1,648 nucleotides of DNA from an uncultured virus (IMG/VR IMGVR_UViG_3300005239_000270) (Duplodnaviria > Heunggongvirae > Uroviricota > Caudoviricetes), in the IMG/VR virus record IMGVR_UViG_3300005239_000270. One strand, written 5' to 3'. Made by a program: the position numbers and the translations under genes. The notes below the pieces were generated by a model. That model worked only from the letters and a program-made list of their open reading frames with translations. It was not told the origin of the DNA and ran no database searches. Shown piece after piece: positions 1 through 1,648 of this stretch; position 1 is the stretch's first letter, and every line of letters begins with the position of its first letter.

Positions 1-225
1 TTTAATCCAACTTACAATATTGTCTTCAGTAATTGATTCGAACAACGTAAAGGCACTGCTTGATGTCATATCATCAGTGGAGAAATTAATCGCTGACTTA
101 AAAACTCCCTTTAAACCATCTTCGGTTTCACCTTGTTTTGAAAAAACTGCACTATAGATTACATCTGAGTAATCACCTATATCTTTAGCTGAAAGAGTGT
201 GAATGATCCATGTGTAATTAATCAT
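1..225 (-). CDS. Phage hypothetical protein, 3'-truncated (runs off the window edge); resembles small tail-region proteins with 'YTW.I..L ... F..F..LTE..V..WI' (DUF7936-like, from recall)
   Basis: Manual translation from ATG at 225 gives 75 codons with no stop: MINYTWIIHTLSAKDIGDYSDVIYSAVFSKQGETEDGLKGVFKSAINFSTDDMTSSSAFTLFESITEDNIVSWIK. GAGGT lies 8 nt upstream and the ATG is 4 nt after the upstream TAA. Absent from the supplied ORF track. Confidence 0.88.
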   Translation of the reverse strand, partial: MINYTWIIHTLSAKDIGDYSDVIYSAVFSKQGETEDGLKGVFKSAINFSTDDMTSSSAFTLFESITEDNIVSWIK

Positions 226-229
226 ATTT

Positions 230-514
230 TTATACCTCTGGATCTACACTGGCAGGAGCTGTTTCATCTCCTTCTGCTTCGGTTGCATTAGGATCTGTAA
301 ATGTAATTACGCCTACTGAAATCTTATTAAGCACACCTAAAAGTTGTGACTCAAGGATTGAATTCAATTCATCCTCATCAATTAAATTTTCTTCAGTACG
401 GGGGATGTTTACAGTACGCTCGTGAGTGAATCCATTGTCAGGATTCGTATAGGTAACTTGAACTGTTTTTGCATCTGCTGCATACTCTTGAACCGTATAT
501 GTGATGTTAGTCAT
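230..514 (-). CDS. Phage hypothetical protein, 94 aa, with acidic low-complexity C-terminal tail
   Basis: The ORF track starts this gene at TTG 520, but the in-frame ATG at 514 has GAGGA 6 nt upstream and lies 2 nt after the upstream TGA, so 514 is preferred. The core (TVQVTYTN...FTHERTVNIP...LLGVLNKISVGVITF) looks like beta strands followed by a helix and resembles small phage tail-region hypothetical proteins (recall, not searched). Confidence 0.85.
   Translation of the reverse strand: MTNITYTVQEYAADAKTVQVTYTNPDNGFTHERTVNIPRTEENLIDEDELNSILESQLLGVLNKISVGVITFTDPNATEAEGDETAPASVDPEV
234..238 (-). promoter_or_regulatory. Shine-Dalgarno site (GAGGT) for the ORF starting at 225
   Basis: Minus strand reads CCA GAG GTA TAA AAAT ATG, with an 8-nt spacer between GAGGT and ATG. 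Confidence 0.7.
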
Positions 515-516
515 CT

Positions 517-735
517 TCAATCCTCAGGTTGTACTTGTTCTGTTTCTTCTGTTGCATCCTTTGCTGCATCTTCCTCTAACTTGACACCATTAGCCGTAAG
601 GTATTCAGTAATACCTTGATACTTTATAAACAGTTCACGCTTATTTGTAAGAATAGTATTCAATTGAGCAATTTCTTGCGACAGAGAACTTTGTTCTTTA
701 AGAATATTCTGAAGATGTGTCTTGTGATCAATCAT
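517..735 (-). CDS. Small acidic coiled-coil phage hypothetical protein, 72 aa
   Basis: ATG 735 to TGA 517. Positions with 3/4 heptad spacing are L8, I11, Q15, L18, I22, L25, L29, K32, F36, Y39, T43 and L46, followed by the acidic tail EEDAAKDATEETEQVQPED. It is the first gene downstream of the putative late promoter. Confidence 0.85.
   Translation of the reverse strand: MIDHKTHLQNILKEQSSLSQEIAQLNTILTNKRELFIKYQGITEYLTANGVKLEEDAAKDATEETEQVQPED
521..525 (-). promoter_or_regulatory. Shine-Dalgarno site (GAGGA) for ATG 514
   Basis: Minus strand reads CCT GAG GAT TGA AG ATG, with a 6-nt spacer between GAGGA and ATG. Confidence 0.7.
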
Positions 736-751
736 TTTCTATATGTGTAAC

Positions 752-758
752 TATTTAG
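752..758 (-). promoter_or_regulatory. Putative T4-type late promoter (CTAAATA, variant of the TATAAATA consensus)
   Basis: Minus strand reads TTCTAAATAGTTACACATATAGAAAATG. The motif lies 16 nt upstream of ATG 735, in the only sizeable intergenic gap. T4 gp55-dependent late promoters are a single -10 element of this form. It is a short AT-rich motif, so a chance match is possible. Confidence 0.55.
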
Positions 759-767
759 AACAATTCT

Positions 768-773
768 ATTATA
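768..773 (-). promoter_or_regulatory. Possible sigma70-type -10 element (TATAAT)
   Basis: Perfect TATAAT on the minus strand, 32 nt upstream of ATG 735. The -35 position at 17-nt spacing reads AAAACT (791-796), which is a poor match, and there is no extended -10 TG. Confidence 0.25.
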
Positions 774-808
774 GTTGAAGCTTTTGCGTGAGTTTTTTAA
801 AACAATAA

Positions 809-1342
809 TTAATTGATTGGCTTAGTTGGCCAATTTAAATATGAATCTGATCTAATATATGTTTCCAACTCTTCAATAGTTTCTATAGAGTTAATTGATG
901 ATTCTTTAGTTGACGATTCTTCTCGAACTGATTTACGAAAATAAAACCATTCGTCTGGAATTTCTATTCCAGCGTCAGCTTTACGATAAGCCATCCAGTC
1001 GGATGACTTAAGTAGATCGTAGGCATGATCTTTTACCTGTGATTTGTAATAAGAAATAATCTCATTGAAATCACGATATATTAAAGACCAAACTTCCGTG
1101 CATTCGGACCCTTCAATTACATAATCTACCTTAACATTAGCAAGTTCTCTACTTACTTTATCTCTAGTGACAGTTTCTTCCCTGCCTGTTTTTGACGATA
1201 TGTAATAGTATCCAAGATCAGCATATTGACTGTTTGATGTTGTACTGGGATCCAATCCATAGTTATTTGTAATATTATTTAAGTCCACAAAAATACTATC
1301 ATTAGTACCTGCATTCTTATTGTAAAAATACTTAAGTGTCAT
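809..1342 (-). CDS. Putative phage tail-fibre assembly chaperone-like protein, 177 aa
   Basis: The C-terminal ~70 aa (AYDLLKSSDWMAYRKADAGIEIPDEWFYFRKSVRE...LNWPTKP; D115-W116, W171-P172) match the 'LL..SDW....D......W..YR..LR.....WP..P' pattern of phage tail assembly chaperones. GAGGTG lies 5 nt upstream and the start overlaps the upstream stop (TGATG). Confidence 0.75.
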   Translation of the reverse strand: MTLKYFYNKNAGTNDSIFVDLNNITNNYGLDPSTTSNSQYADLGYYYISSKTGREETVTRDKVSRELANVKVDYVIEGSECTEVWSLIYRDFNEIISYYKSQVKDHAYDLLKSSDWMAYRKADAGIEIPDEWFYFRKSVREESSTKESSINSIETIEELETYIRSDSYLNWPTKPIN

Positions 1343-1648
1343 CAGGCCACCTCATATCCACTAACAGTACAATAACTGGTATGCCTATAGGAACGAAGCT
1401 TCACTACATTTCCAGCACTCAACATTATTGATAGTGCATTGCTATGAAACCTCCCAACACCCCCAAAGTTACTTGCTATCAAATGCAAAACAGGCTTGTC
1501 ATTGACCGAGACATAAGTACCATATGCATAGCTGCTATCTTGGAATTCTGTCGCTAATGTGATGTGAACAACTGCATAACTAACACCTGATGATGGTACG
1601 GTGTATACTGTGGAAGTTACACCGGAGTAACCAATATCAGACACAGCC
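1342..1648 (-). CDS. Phage hypothetical protein, probably 5'-truncated; small beta-rich, virion/tail-associated type
   Basis: The ORF track starts at GTG 1644, but the frame stays open to the window edge (GCT at 1647-1645). The sequence has 'STVYTVPS...YAVVHITL' near the N-terminus and 'IMLSAGNVVKL...VSGYE' at the C-terminus, a pattern I recognise from ~110-aa phage proteins (T.VYTVP...L.AG..+......VSG.E). The structural role is inference. Confidence 0.8.
   Translation of the reverse strand, partial: AVSDIGYSGVTSTVYTVPSSGVSYAVVHITLATEFQDSSYAYGTYVSVNDKPVLHLIASNFGGVGRFHSNALSIMLSAGNVVKLRSYRHTSYCTVSGYEVA
1348..1353 (-). promoter_or_regulatory. Shine-Dalgarno site (GAGGTG) for ATG 1342
   Basis: Minus strand reads TAT GAG GTG GCC TGATG, with a 5-nt spacer and a 1-nt stop/start overlap at 1342. 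Confidence 0.75.

Larger units (their letters stand above)
749..776. repeat. Imperfect inverted repeat (6 bp + 5 bp arms, 3-nt loop)
   Basis: Plus strand reads AACTAT-T-TAGAA-CAA-TTCTA-TT-ATAGTT. 749-754 pairs with 771-776 and 756-760 pairs with 764-768. Confidence 0.6.
1..1648 (-). other. Tailed-phage (probably T4-like/cyanomyovirus-like) tail-fibre accessory gene cluster
   Basis: Five co-oriented short ORFs with gaps of 4, 2, 73 and -1 nt, low GC, a tail assembly chaperone-like motif and a T4-type late-promoter-like motif. The taxonomic assignment is inference because no core marker gene lies in the window. Confidence 0.7.

Noticed and set aside
227..234. TATAAAAA overlapping the stop of the 94-aa gene as a late promoter
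   Set aside because: It mismatches TATAAATA, ends about 1 nt from the next ATG, and is explained by the Val codon, the TAA stop and an A-rich spacer.
515..520. TTG start at 520 given by the ORF track
   Set aside because: GAGGA abuts it with no spacer, whereas ATG 514 has a 6-nt spacer.
233..576. Similar acidic tails of the 72-aa and 94-aa proteins (DATEE...PED versus NATEA...PEV) as a duplication
   Set aside because: The nucleotide match is short (ATGCAAC-GAAG) and lies in low-complexity acidic sequence, and the terminal Glu is explained by the Shine-Dalgarno constraint.
422..619. Plus-strand 65-aa ORF with a CFCIC Cys cluster
   Set aside because: It lies antisense to two well-supported minus-strand genes, starts with GTG and has no clear Shine-Dalgarno site. 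Its Cys/Ser richness is the expected mirror of Ala/Thr/Glu/Asp codons on the coding strand.
816..834. Hairpin ATTGGC-N7-GCCAAT near the end of the 177-aa gene as an intrinsic terminator
   Set aside because: It has only a 6-bp stem, lies inside the codons for the NWPTKPI terminus and has no adjacent U-tract on the minus strand (it is followed by CAATTAATT).
1381..1648. GC step (about 42% versus about 33% in the neighbouring gene, hand count) as evidence of horizontal acquisition
   Set aside because: The interval is short and the difference is plausibly explained by Gly/Ala/Val/Ser/Thr-rich composition. No junction repeat is visible.
1..1648. CRISPR array, diversity-generating retroelement TR/VR pair, tRNA or structured ncRNA, insertion sequence ends
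   Set aside because: I saw no direct repeats of meaningful length by eye and no reverse transcriptase, transposase or integrase motifs. The only non-coding stretch over 4 nt is 73 bp and AT-rich.

Overview
AT-rich window (about 33% GC over 841-1320 and about 42% over 1381-1648, hand count) holding five small, tightly packed genes, all on the minus strand. In transcription order they are: a 5'-truncated Ser/Thr/Val/Gly-rich beta-type protein (1342->1648); a 177-aa protein with a phage tail-fibre assembly chaperone-like C-terminus (SDW...W..R..VR...WP..P); a 73-bp intergenic region with a T4-type late-promoter-like CTAAATA inside an imperfect inverted repeat; a 72-aa acidic coiled-coil protein; a 94-aa hypothetical protein; and a 3'-truncated ORF (<1-225) that the ORF track missed. 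The best reading is a tail-fibre accessory gene cluster of a tailed phage, probably T4-like or cyanomyovirus-like. Family assignments come from motif recognition, not from database searches. I found no RNA genes, CRISPR arrays, mobile elements or long repeats, and the window alone does not establish a new biological system. The most interesting signals are the promoter-containing dyad, a possible paired tail-fibre chaperone module and Shine-Dalgarno sites encoded by terminal Glu codons.
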